From Selaginella moellendorffii (taxonomy: Eukaryota > Plantae > Lycopodiophyta): 64,000 bases of DNA. This document shows, one piece after another, positions 12,899-25,400 of this stretch; within the stretch, counting starts at the first letter, position 1; each line of letters opens with the position of its first letter. The DNA lies in NCBI RefSeq assembly GCF_000143415.4, contig NW_003314412.1, positions 1 through 64,000 on the forward strand, given 5' to 3'. Made by a program: the position numbers and the translations under genes. The notes under the pieces were generated by a model that worked only from the letters and a program-made list of their open reading frames with translations, was not told where the DNA came from and made no database searches.

Positions 12899-15800
12899 TG
12901 TTATCGAAGAAGAAGTCCAACAAGCGTAACATGTTTAGACTAAAAGCTCTGACTTGGAAAGTTGAGATTGAGAGTGGAACTCCAAATAAAGTGCTCAAGA
13001 GAAGAGTATGAAGCAATCAGTGAATAAGTGTCTAAAAAGGGGATACAAGAAGGACTGACACATGGCAAGTGTTGTGACACATGGAAGTGTCAAGAATGAG
13101 TCCAAGATGGAGTCTAATATAAACCCAAGATGGAGTTCAAGATGGAGTCCAATATAGACCTGAGATGGACCTGAGATGGACTCGAGATAGAGTCCAATAT
13201 AGAGTTCGATATGGATCTAAGATGGAGTCCGAGATAGACCTAAGATGGAGTTTGAGATAGAGTCTAAGATGGACCCAAGATGGAGTCCAAAATGGACCTA
13301 AGATGGAGTCTGAGGTTGAGGCCGAGAAAGAGACCGAGATCGAGACTGAGACTGAGACCGAGTCCAAGTTTGAGTCCGAGTTCGAGTCCGAGTTCAAGTT
13401 CAAGTCCGATGGTGAAAGCCCAAAGCGATTGTCTCCCAAACCCTAGGGGGTTTGGTGATCTCCAAAAGTATAGTAGAGGGAGGACTATAGTAGAGCTAGT
13501 TTGGAAGAAATGCCAGTGTGACTAAAGAAGGCTATACCCACGTAATGGATGATAATATAACCACTAAGGAGTCCAAGGCAAGAGTAAACATGGATAGACA
13601 AATGGGGAACTTTATGAAGTATTCAAGACTTGACTTTAGTTCCCTCAGGAGATTGAATAGTCGATACTCCTAATCCAAGTGTGGGTGGCACTACCTACTT
13701 GGATACCTAGTGTGGCTTATTGAAACCTTACTCTAACCACATGGCTAGAGCACTTAAATGCGGAAGGTGTGAAGAGTACCTATGAGGCTTACGTAGGGTC
13801 ACGGTGTTTTGAAATGTTGTCCCAAAGTCCCAAACTATGGAAAGGAAAAGGAGTAGTCCTTCTATATAGTGGCCAAAGATGTGGTCAGGTGGCAAAGAAG
13901 TCCCAAAAGTCAATGGGACATAGTGGTTGGGCATTTAGCCCCTAACCCAATAGCAATATTGGCAAATAAGGTTGGAGACAGAGAATGGCTTGGTGAAAGG
14001 GATGGTGGGGAAGGTTGTTGGACATAAATAGGATATAGTAGGACATAAATACAAGAAGTGGTATTTTAGTGAGTTAACACCTCAAAAGTAGCCATGAGGC
14101 TAGGACATTATGGGTCATTGGATTAACAAAGTTCAAAAAGCTGGATGACTCAAATGGAGTCAAGGAATGATCATAAAGGATTGGTAAAAGCATTTGGACT
14201 GAGGTGTGTTGTATTCTACGAAGGATGGGAAGGATTATGAGATCTAAGAATGAGAATTATGGGTATCTCATTGATAGTAGAATGTGCCATACTAAAGTTA
14301 TTGGAAAGGTGTTCACGAAAAAAAAGCAACTTTGATGAGGAATTGTGTGTAAACACTGTGTTTAAGTGCTAACTAATAGTTGGCATAAGAAATGACTACT
14401 ATTATTTTAGCAAAGACTTAGATATGAGTGGGAAGTGTCGTAAGGGTAAATTTGTAGAGCTGATGTGTGGAGACACCAAGTGTGCTAAGGTGTACGCTTT
14501 AAAGTCATGTTAGTGGGTTCATAAGAACCCTTTGCCAAAGGAATTCCAATGGAAATGAGAATGGTATAACCTAAGTTGGAAGGCATGCAATTAGAGTGTG
14601 GTAACTCAAATAATGATGGAGGTATGGAAGCACTAACAATAAGTTGTAAGATTTGACAACTATAAGGCAATTAAGCAAAATGTGCAACTTAATTGATTGA
14701 ATTGGTAGAAATTAACTTCCTAAGACTTCTTATTGAGATAAAAAGGTTAGATATATCCTTCGAAGGGATAAATTATTTATGTTGTGATATATTAAATTAA
14801 TGTCGTAAAGGGAAATGCTCATTGTTAAAGAAAGCCATCATTGGGACACATAAACACTTTAAAACACTATGAAGTAATGTTTGGTATCATGAGGGTATTA
14901 GATAAACCCTAAGGGACTAAGCCTTTAGTGAGTAATGGATAGAAAGTGCTATTTAACATCTAAGGTTGCGGAGACAAGAGAAAGTCATCTATCCGAATTG
15001 GATAAAGCCAAAAAGGATTTTGGCAAGGCTAGTGATGGGCATATAAATGTTCATAAATAGCAACATTAATCTCAATGTGTGGGATCACAAAGTGAGCATA
15101 TCTGGATTAAGGAATCACTCCTTATGTTGATCCCTAAAAATACTTGCTAAGATATAGTAAGTGCAAATCTATCCTTCTAACCTAAAAGAAAATAACCGAA
15201 GAAAACATACAGCCAAAAGCAAGTAAAAAAAGAATAAAACCAAACTATAGTAATTGAAGGGCATAACTAAGAGTGGTTATGCAAGTTGAGAGTGGAGAAT
15301 TAAGTGGGTGCTCAAAAGTGTTGCTAATGGCAATCGTGATGCCATTGAGAGTCTAAAACATGAAATTATCTATATTAAACCATCTGGCAATTAGAATGCT
15401 TGCGAAAAAAAAGGCTTTAACAAGATAAGGGATATAATCCCTTCAATGTTTCTTCCCAATATTTTCTGCTATGGGCTTTATCTATGGCCCAACCTTGCTA
15501 CCCACTTAAAGATTATTTTAAAGATTATTTTCTTAAACTCACAATACCATTGCATTCTTATAGTTCATTTCCCTTAGGTGTCCATTCCACTTGGTCATTT
15601 TGACTAAGCCACACCATTATCAATAGTTCAAATCAACACTTTGTAAGATCACTTAGTGATTTAACTTTGATACCATAACATGTTTGCCAATAAGTATTAG
15701 ATCTTCTAGACTTTTAAGTTGTTGACCATGACCCGAGGGGCATCCCCCATACTTGGCAGTGTGCCCAAGCCAACCCTTTCAGCCAAGGGTCCATAGCAAT

Positions 15801-16147
15801 TAAGATTAGGTGTCCCCATCTCATTCACCTTGTTTTTAGTGCCACTTGCACCAAAGTGTTCAAATTATATATATTGAGCTTTCATATTAAGTAATCTAAC
15901 CATGCATCATGACTCCAAGACATCCCCCACTTGGTGGTATGGCTAAATTAGTCTCTTTACTGAGAGTCTATAACCACCAAAAAAAGTATTGCCATATTCC
16001 AAACCATCACCACACCTTAGTGAGTTGGGACTCGAACCCAAATACTAAAGGGTTGGGACTTAAATCCAACCTTTGTATATACATCTACAAACAGCATCAT
16101 CTATGATGCTTAGCGTGACTCCTCACACTAGGTTGTTCCTCGTGCTG
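12899..16147. mobile_element. Rearranged, decayed family C fragments (LTR ~12899-13960 plus internal pieces in both orientations)
   Basis: Similarity to 7102-8100 and to 9690-11930; no intact ORFs. Confidence 0.6.
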
Positions 16148-16885
16148 AGGGCATTTTAAGGATGTTAAGGAGTGGATCTTGGATGGTTATTCATGGAAGC
16201 TCTATTTCGTTAAAGTGGGATTTATTCAGTAAAATGGGACTAGGTACAAATTTTCAAGTATTTGAAAATGACGTGAAATTATATGTTTTTTGTCTAGGGG
16301 CTAGACATATCTGGGGCATGGTGACTAGCGCGGTGACTTTGTGTCCAGACTAAGTCCATCTGGTTGTATAATAAATCTCATTGTCAAGGTGAACAAGCCG
16401 AATCTGAAGCTAAAGAAGAGCGATGGCATGCGCGCACACACTATTTGTTTGTTCATTGAGCGTGTGGTGAGCTTTCCAAGATGAACGTCATTCCTATTAG
16501 CCAGACATATAACTTAATGGTGAGAACATTTAGATATTATTCAATGTTATCTTTTTCTAACGAATCTAATTGTGAAGGTGTAGCAAGAGGCATTGCTAGT
16601 CTGGAGAAGTCATTTAACTCATTTGACCCTTAGTGTATTTTCATGAAACTAAATAACATTCATATTATTAAGGAATTTCTCTAGTACCTTTTTTTTACGA
16701 CATAGAGGCTTGCATTTCTTTCAAAGGTGATTTAGTAAAAGGACTGAGGGCACATGCCATTCTATTTCTCAGACCAGTATTAAGATATACTAGTGCAAAG
16801 GGCCACATGCCATCACGCCTCCTCTGATTCAGATTCGGATTGTTCACCTTGAAATAAAATACATTAGAAACTTAGTAAAGGAATA

Positions 16886-19800
16886 TTAAATCTCACCTTG
16901 AACCCGGGTTATGAATGCTCTTGCTGCATCTCTTGCATGGTCTGGCAAGGTGATGGTGGCACTCTGCTTCCGCATCCAACCATGCACAACATTATCCACC
17001 GATATGCTCATGCTGGGATCCCTTGGATTCAGCACCCATCTCTTTTCTAGGCAATCCTTCGTATATCCGGAACTTGGCTTGAACCACTCCATAGTTACAT
17101 TGAAGGAGTTAGTTTCCGCGTCCTCCTCTGCATCAGTGATGCAGCGCCCCACCCATATCATTTGTTTTTTATTACTGGGTCTGACAAGCACGACCATTCC
17201 TTTGCAGACTTGTACTGGATTGAATGCTGAATCCGGCTTCTTGTTCCTCGGCCCACAATAGTGATCCTCAACATCGTTATCTGTCACTGCATTTCCAGAG
17301 GACATTGTTCCGCTACTATCTGGTGCTCTGGGTTCTGGCCAAAAGGACTCTTCCAATTCTTCATATACAACCGGCCCATTTTGGATAGCAGATATAATCT
17401 TCTCCCAGTATTCGAGCAAAGGCTTGCACCTCTTAAAATAGGATTCTCCACCAAACACCAACCCCCTCTTCCAGAAGGCAATATGCTGTCTAATCCCGGC
17501 CACTATACTTTCCTGGTCTTTGAGTCCATCCGGGTGCATCGGCCGTGGGGAACCCTGAGGAATCATAGGTTCCCCAGTTATGGGATCTCTCTTGAAGAGT
17601 TCAATGCCGTCCACTGGCAGCCACACTGTGTCCCATTCTCTCATCTTGTACCTCATCACTGGAGCACCGTCACGCATGCTGAAATGAAACTGAAGAGGCT
17701 TGGAGTGGCCAATCAGCGTTTCGGATCCGTCCCTGATGTAGCCTCTTACAAACCCCTTAAAGTCTGGAACCTCTGTCACAAGTGCAGCTTCAACAGTGCC
17801 TTTGATGCAATTTTGGAATTCATCGTAGAGTTGTGGGAGGGTGAGGACATTGGATCGCCGGAGGGACTCTGCCAAGTGACTGAACATGGCATCGACGTCT
17901 TCATGAGTGTGCCCAACCATGAGAAAGCCAAGTGTAACCGTTTCAAATATGCCTTTGGCAACAAGCATCGCCAAGTACGCGAAGACGTACATGTTTTTGT
18001 TCTCACTGCCAGCATTGTCTGTTTGGAGCAGAAGATGGGGTGGAAGGCCACATCGGCCGCAAGAACTTCCTTGAGATTCTGCTTCATTTGGATGAGGCTG
18101 TGCATTCACCGGGCGACTAGCCTCGTCGGAATGGCAAGAGGCCTCACGTGATAACCCTACAATCTGACGGCCAACATATTCACTGGGATGGCATGGGGCC
18201 CCACGCGATACTGCAAGCCTTTGCTCCTCCTCCAGCTGAACCCTGTATGGGGTTCGATCGACAAGGGCCTTATGCAAGGGTTGGCCGTTCAGCTCAGTCT
18301 GCGCACTTTGCAGAGACCTTAAGTGTTTTGCTAGGGACGCAATCATCATGTTTGCACCCCCGCCACCCCATAGAGGTACAAAGAAGTTCCCATAGTTCTG
18401 GGCACCATGCCCATGAGCGATTATGCCAAACAGAGACACAGGCAGCTGCATGGATGAAGAGATTGCCTTGGGGGCAGGATTGAGTCGAGGCAAGCACGTC
18501 TTTTTCTGGTCCATTTTGTCGTGGATGATGCAGAGGTAAGAGTCAGGTCTCTCCATGGAGAGAATCCTGTTATGATAATATGCAGTCCTGCAGCTTCTCT
18601 GCTCGATGTTGTGGTCGAGCCGCCTTCTAACCAACGTCTCTCGCTCTTGAGCGCTGCAAGAATTCTTCGACAAAGCCATTTTGATAGCAGTGCACTCGTC
18701 ACACTTTGAAAAGCTGGAGTACTTTCCTATACTCACATCCCTGAACCTGTTGCTCCACAATCTACTAAATCTAGATTGGCTCAGCTTCCTGTAGCCATTA
18801 CTCTGGAGTTCCCGATTCACATCTTCCAATATGGCCCCCTTGGTATACATGGAAGGGAGAACTCGTTGGGTGTCTCGTGTTCCATCTTCCAAGAGGCGGG
18901 TTTTATGTGGTTGCTGCTCGCTACATGTCTCGACAAACCTCTTGAAGATTGCCTCTCCATATACAACATGACCCCTGGTTTTGTGCGTACCGTCGTTCCC
19001 ATGGACTTCCTGTTGAACCCTTTGTTCCTCGAACTTAGTTTTGATTCTGTAGAATGTGGTTCGAGGGACTCCATAAATGATTCTCCATGCCTTCATGCAG
19101 ACCAAACCCCTCTGGAAGACCATGCCCCCCACCTGATGTTCTGAATCATCAGCAGATGACCGTAATGCCTCATACACAAAATTGCGAGCTGCCTTCCAGG
19201 ACAATGTCTTGTATCTTGCTCTCTCCTCTTCAATAGCATCCCAATCAGCATGTTGACAGCACCTCCTCTTGCAACAAGCAACTGTCGAGACCATTCGAAC
19301 GTCCATCGCCATTTTCTGCCTTTTCGGTTCGTTGCTCAGATCCCTTTGGCTGCACTGTAGGAAGGTGTACTTTTTTTTCCCATGAAGAGATGTTCTGTCA
19401 TCAGTTGTAGTGGTGTTTGATTGTGAATCCTTCACATTCTCAAACACTAAATGCCTCAATTTCCACCGCACAATGCTTCCAATAGTCAGACTGTTTTCTT
19501 CTGTGTCAACAACCTCTAAAATTGCAACTCCAATATCATCCCAGCCCAATTCTTGATTAGCAACCGCATCTCTTGGATCGACAACTGTGGCTAAGCCCTC
19601 AGCTACCACCTCCCCCTCGGGGTTGTTTAGAAACACCTTTGCCTGAATCCATGTAGCACGGTTCTTAAGATCCACGGAGGGAACATGCGTCGCACTTGCG
19701 CTGTCCCCAACATCTGCTTTCTTCTGCAGATTTTTCAAGGCAACAACAACATTTACCCCGACGACCATCTCTCCTCGTTCAATAGCGACCACATTCCCAT

Positions 19801-19951
19801 CGAAGACAGTCTCTACTGATACAGCAGCATTGCCTTCCCCAAGCCTTTGACAGTGTATAACAAAGTTCCGATCCATAGACACAAGGGTCCCTTTTGCAAC
19901 TCTCTTCCCACCATTCAAAATGTAAACCTTTTCCCCAACCCTGAAGGCCAT
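16886..19951 (-). CDS. Sola-type DDD transposase, 1021 aa, intact
   Basis: Motifs: CCKRRC; VCMKAW..IYGV; FSKCDEC...H; IIHDKMDQ, LQTDNAGSENKN, FLMVGHTHEDVDAMFS (typical Sola catalytic core). Splice acceptor just before the ATG. Confidence 0.88.
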   Translation of the reverse strand: MAFRVGEKVYILNGGKRVAKGTLVSMDRNFVIHCQRLGEGNAAVSVETVFDGNVVAIERGEMVVGVNVVVALKNLQKKADVGDSASATHVPSVDLKNRATWIQAKVFLNNPEGEVVAEGLATVVDPRDAVANQELGWDDIGVAILEVVDTEENSLTIGSIVRWKLRHLVFENVKDSQSNTTTTDDRTSLHGKKKYTFLQCSQRDLSNEPKRQKMAMDVRMVSTVACCKRRCCQHADWDAIEEERARYKTLSWKAARNFVYEALRSSADDSEHQVGGMVFQRGLVCMKAWRIIYGVPRTTFYRIKTKFEEQRVQQEVHGNDGTHKTRGHVVYGEAIFKRFVETCSEQQPHKTRLLEDGTRDTQRVLPSMYTKGAILEDVNRELQSNGYRKLSQSRFSRLWSNRFRDVSIGKYSSFSKCDECTAIKMALSKNSCSAQERETLVRRRLDHNIEQRSCRTAYYHNRILSMERPDSYLCIIHDKMDQKKTCLPRLNPAPKAISSSMQLPVSLFGIIAHGHGAQNYGNFFVPLWGGGGANMMIASLAKHLRSLQSAQTELNGQPLHKALVDRTPYRVQLEEEQRLAVSRGAPCHPSEYVGRQIVGLSREASCHSDEASRPVNAQPHPNEAESQGSSCGRCGLPPHLLLQTDNAGSENKNMYVFAYLAMLVAKGIFETVTLGFLMVGHTHEDVDAMFSHLAESLRRSNVLTLPQLYDEFQNCIKGTVEAALVTEVPDFKGFVRGYIRDGSETLIGHSKPLQFHFSMRDGAPVMRYKMREWDTVWLPVDGIELFKRDPITGEPMIPQGSPRPMHPDGLKDQESIVAGIRQHIAFWKRGLVFGGESYFKRCKPLLEYWEKIISAIQNGPVVYEELEESFWPEPRAPDSSGTMSSGNAVTDNDVEDHYCGPRNKKPDSAFNPVQVCKGMVVLVRPSNKKQMIWVGRCITDAEEDAETNSFNVTMEWFKPSSGYTKDCLEKRWVLNPRDPSMSISVDNVVHGWMRKQSATITLPDHARDAARAFITRVQGEI

Positions 19952-21237
19952 TCTGAAAGTGCAGAAAAGAAGTTAAGACCATACAAAAAATGATTGGAGA
20001 ATGGCCTAAATTATAACATACCAAATAGCATGAGGCCACATGCCATTATTCAAACATGCTATTGACACCCACGTGAAATTTCGCATTCACAAAATTGGCA
20101 TGAGGCCTCATGCCATCTTGATATACACACAGCTGCAGGCAAGTAAAAACATACATGACAATACGCTAGCCATGAAATTGCAAGGGCCCAAGATGGCATG
20201 TGGCCTCATGCCATTTCTAAATGTGGTCCTAAGCCATTCCATGGTGAACATACCAGGAAGCACAAGTGCCGAATATCAAGAGGAAGCGGTAGCCACACCA
20301 AAGACAGTGCCGCTCGCAACACCGCAACTACTCGTAGCGCCGCTCGCAACACCGCAACTGCTCGTAGCGCCGCTCGCACAAACTGCCACTCGCATAAACT
20401 GCCGCTCGCAATGGCGCTCGCAATGCCGCAACCGCTCGTAGACGCATAAACCACAGCCCACAACGCCGCTTACACAAGCAGCGCTCACTGCGCTCAGCGG
20501 AACCAAGAACACGGCGCACAAAAATGATAGACCTAGGAATGAGTTCGAGAATTCAAAAATAACACACGCTTGAACGTCACATCAAATCCTCTGACAAACC
20601 AGATCTTATGATTCCTCTGACAAATTTCAAACTGAGTAGCTTCTAGACTTTGCTGTCGGAGGTTGAACTTTGTCACATCATGTCCTTGCCTCGATCCAGC
20701 TGTGCCATGTCAGTGATTCGAACTTTGCCATGCCATGTCAGCGATCCGCGCCAAGATTATTCGCCGTGTAAAGGAATAATTATGCTGTGTGTGTACGTCC
20801 ATTTATGGCAATATAAGGCCACATGCCATTCAAAGAATAATGCTAGTCGAGCATCTTTTTGTGCATTTTTGGGTTCAAAATTGCATGAGCCCACACGCTA
20901 TAAAGTTTACCTGTACCAAAAATAGAAACAGCTTTATTTACTTGGGAATTTATATGGCTGAGGCATTTTTAAACTTACAAACACATGCCCTACTTACATT
21001 CCTTTGGTTGCTTAAAATTCAAAAATATTATAAACCTTTCTTTTTGCATTTTCAATGTTTTCAATTATGGTTTTTGATTTTCGCAGGACCAGCCTAGTAA
21101 TCTATTTGCATCCCGTCATGTTTATAGCTAGCTTTCGTTTGTCCCCTTCGCTAGCCTGAGATACATCTGCTCGGCATCTGCCTCTTACAGCATTTGCCCA
21201 GAAAGGGCATCTTTCTTCACGCAGCATTTGCCACATG

Positions 21238-21269
21238 TTTAGGGTTAAGGTTTAGGGTTTAGGGTTTAG
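21238..21269 (+). repeat. Short plant telomere-type (TTTAGGG) array / telobox cluster
   Basis: TTTAGGG-TTAAGG-TTTAGGG-TTTAGGG-TTTAG. Confidence 0.85.
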
Positions 21270-22492
21270 CAATTCAGTAGCTTGATAAACATGCAAATAC
21301 AGAACTTGATGCAAAATCCTTTGATATGTCACAATGCCCCTAGGACCATAAACACATTTCAATAGAGAGGGTCCTTTCATTTTATAACTCCTTACGTAGA
21401 TCTTGGTGAAACCAAAGTTAGTAAAGTTGGTTTCTTGTGATCCCGCATCTGATTGTGATGTCCCTTTGCAGTGTCGATGGAAAGGTCAATGCACACCAAA
21501 CTGTAGAATCTTGGAGCAAAATAACGGTCGGATCTATGGCAAATGCCCCTGAAACATTGTAAGGCTCGTGTGGTCTCATGTGGTGTCCGATCGAGATGCT
21601 TCTTTGCAGGGTCATCAAGAAGGACATTGTATACCATTCTGTAAAATCTAGTTGCGATCTAACGGTTGGATCTCCAGGAAACTCAAAACAATCTCACGCG
21701 TGTCAGAATATTCTAGGAATATACTCCTATGTGCTCCTGAAAATGGCATGCGGCCCCACGCCATTCAAGAGATAACGCTAGATGACGCCGAGCATTTTTT
21801 GGTGCATTTTTTGGGATCAAAATTGTATGAGCCCACATGCTTGAATGTCATCCTCTGACAATTTATTTAGCTGAACATCTGGCATTTTTGGAAATACAAG
21901 ATGCTTTGGAATATCCAATCATGCATGGTATAAATATAGCGAGGGTATTAAATGATATCCCAATCATGATCTTTCTTTTGGATTTCGCGTGCATGCAGTC
22001 CGAGGAATGATGACGTTGCGGATTTCTTTTGGATTTCACGCATGCGCACGCCGATCCAGAAATTAATGGTGGCGCCCAAGTCCGAGAAATGATGACGTGG
22101 CGGGATTACCAACCGTCGTGACATTTCGCGCGTGTGAGGTTAGGTTTTGCATTTTGCTTCGTACTCGCGCTCGCACACTCGCGCTCGCATCGCGCTCCCA
22201 CTTCTCTACAGGTTTCTCGTGTGCATCGGCGTCCACTCGCGCTTGCATCACACTCGCGCTCGCATCGCGCTCGTGTGCATCGGCGTCCACTTCAAGACAC
22301 ACCCAGTTTGTAACTTCGCCGCCAACTCCGCCGCCCACTCCGCCACCCACACGCAGCCCACTTCGTGTCCCGGGAGATTTCAGCGCCACTCTCCAACTGT
22401 AAGTGGCAGAGTAGCCTTGCTGCTACGATCCGCTGCACACACAGTGCACATTCGCCAGCGAGTCCGGTTGTCACGCCTCCATTCGGCTTCAA

Positions 22493-25400
22493 ATGGTAAG
22501 TCTTTTAGGCCAAGTAGAAAATGGCATGAGGCCACATGCCATTCAGTAGCAACATTGGCATGCACCGATTGGGCTCTCGAGTGCAGTCCGGTTACAGATG
22601 GCGTGTAGCCTCACGCCATCTTAGGATGCAGCCTCAAGACATCTGATGCAGTGGTGAATGGCGTGTGGCCTCACGTTATTTCCAGCTACTAGCTTTTCAT
22701 CTGTCAGCTCTAATTGTTGTGCATTTCTGAATAGGCGAGGAATTGCGTTCTTCTTCCAGCCACTGTCAATGTGGATGTAGAGAAGGGGGAGGAGCTCACC
22801 AGTTGGACTTTCGGGATGGAAGGCAAGGATCTGAGGCTGTACAACACAGATGGTGGGAGAAAAGAATGCATGGGGATCCTCATCCAAGTGACAGACACTC
22901 CATGCAGTTCCATGCAAGAATATGGACTGGCACTTGTGGTAGAGACAGCGTCTGCCTTCAAGATCCACCTTGCACATCCTAGTGGCTTCCCGGAGGGGGG
23001 CAGTGGCTATGAGGAATTCCTAGAGGGAGCTAGGGAGAGGTTGTCCAGGAGGCCCACAATTTCAAAGACGCTGCGGGTCTATGAAGATCACATGGAATCC
23101 ACGGACCTCACCTACGGCGATGTTCAAAAACTATATTCCAACATTGAGCCGTTGAGAGTGACTCCAGTTCGCGAAGCAAAGGGGAAGGGGGTCGATCTGG
23201 AAACTACCTCGAAGTAGAAAAGGGTGGTCAAGCTCAAGCCGACGTCCGACTCTCCTGCTCCAAAAAAGAAGCTACTCAGTGATGCCATTGCCTCGGGTTC
23301 GAACACTACACCCACCAAAAAGAAGAGCCGCAAAGAGCAGAAAGAGCAAGAAGAGGCAGCAAAAATCGTCGCAGATAATAGTACTTGTTACTATTCCAAC
23401 AAAGTATATACAATCGACGTGAGCCGTATCGACATCCAAAGCAAATACAACCACAGGCTAGTATCTGATGAGTGGGTGGAGAAATTGAAGCAGAAGATGC
23501 TGGCAAGTCCAGTAACACCCGACATCGCAGACGTGATCCCCTACTACCAAAAAATGAAGGGCGAGATGAGGTTTCCAGACTTGATCAATAGGAAGGTGTT
23601 GGACGATCAGAACATCCGGTTCTATGCCGTCTCCGGGCAGCATTCTAGCTTGGCGATGCAAGAGATAGTTGTGGATATTATGGTGGGCGAGGAGGTGAAG
23701 AAAGTCTTCAAGACAAGAGTTGTCCGCCTGATAAAAGGCAACTCGCCCCTCCGATCTATCATATACATCTCCCACGCGCAGAATGTCAAGCAAGAAACGT
23801 GCTACAAATCGGGTCTGCACGAGACATTGGCACGAACACGGAAGCTCTGGGTTCAACTGAAGAAGCCACAAAAACCAGGACAAGGACGTGCACTAGCAAC
23901 TAGCGCCTGGCAGGTAAGCCTCGTTGTATGTGGCATAGCATGTGGCCTCACGCCATTTCCATTGCAGGAATTCTCGAGTCTTCTCTCGAAAACACTGGGG
24001 GTCAATGACACACTCAGCATCCATAACATTCTACTCGCGACAAAAGTTGTTTTTGACAAATGGGTAGATGTGCTGAGGAGGTACCATGACGGGGAGTTGC
24101 CAAACTCAATGGGTGTGGAGGACGGCCGGAAGCCCAATGATTTGAAGCTCAACGCCTTGCGTTTCTCGCGGTCTCTAGACGACGACGACCTTCTGACAGT
24201 GGCTAATGCTCTTCTACGTGGTGAGGTTGTCTTCAACAAGACCAAAATGACTCCCGCCCATATTGTGACATACGAGGATTTGTGCACGACTCTGAGAGCT
24301 CGTGCGCTATTGAAGGATTGGATCTTCGAGCAAGTGGCCGTGGAGAGGGTGAGCATCGACACCACGCAAGAGATGATGGAAGCGCTAGAGTTGTCAAATG
24401 AAGACATCGACGAGTACGTGAAGGGGGCCCCCAAGTTCATCGATCTGCTGCGGGATGCCACGAAAAGTAAAGCTGAGAAGTTGGATCAGTATCCAAATTT
24501 CATTAAGATTGATGTCGACCGCCGGCTTCAGAAACAGCTCGACCCCGCAGCAGAGGCCTATCGAGAACCTTACCGGGTATACTTGAATTCGGATGAGGAT
24601 CAAAGGTGGAGGAGCATCGTTTCCCGCGGAGATGAGCAGGTCAAGAACATCTTTTGTGTGATGGACTTCACAAACGAGGAGATCACTCATGCAGACGAAG
24701 TCAGCTCCATCATTGACTTAATGGTGGGACTTGCGGAGGTGGAATCTTCAGTCCACTATATGATCTACGACTCCGAATCCTATCACAAGTTCTGGAAGGC
24801 CTTGAACGAGGTGAAGGCTCGGTTGAAAGGCAAGGAGATGCGGGAGATCCATGGGATAATGGCTAAGAAGAAGATACCGATGAATGTCCGCATCTTCACA
24901 CTCGCCCTTGTTATTGGTCCTGCAGCAGAGTGGGACTGGAGTGACTTCCCAGCTTCGTTCGACAAGGCCAATCGAATTGATCTGAGGGAGGTCAATTTAC
25001 CCGTGCCTGAGGAACTGAAGACGGCTATGGAGCTTTCGAATCCAAAGAAAGCTCCAGGTGCAGCATGGGAAATGCTCAGCTGGGTCTTCAACGCAATAGC
25101 GGGTGAGTCACCTGCTTCCGACTCCAAGGGCAAATGCGTTGTCGAGTACAACTGCGGCGGACTATTCTTTCGAGCCGCACTACTCAAGGGTGTCCCGTGT
25201 GTTGCGGTGACAAACTCCATTGAAGAGGTGACTTCAATGGAGCATATAATTACAGTTGCCAAAGAAAAACAGTATCTTCTCTGCGAACCTGGTGAGTACG
25301 CACTTTAAGTTTAAATGTTATCTCACAAGCTCTGTATGCAGGAGCGTGGCCACCCCCAGATGCTGAAACGGCGTTAACAGCTACTGTTGAAGATACCCAT

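Noticed and set aside
16911-19144. Plus-strand ORFs opposite the transposase (e.g. 17261-18151)
   Set aside because: Antisense shadows with no recognisable motifs.
21238-21269. Chromosome end or fusion scar
   Set aside because: Only ~4 units, internal to a TIR-bounded element.
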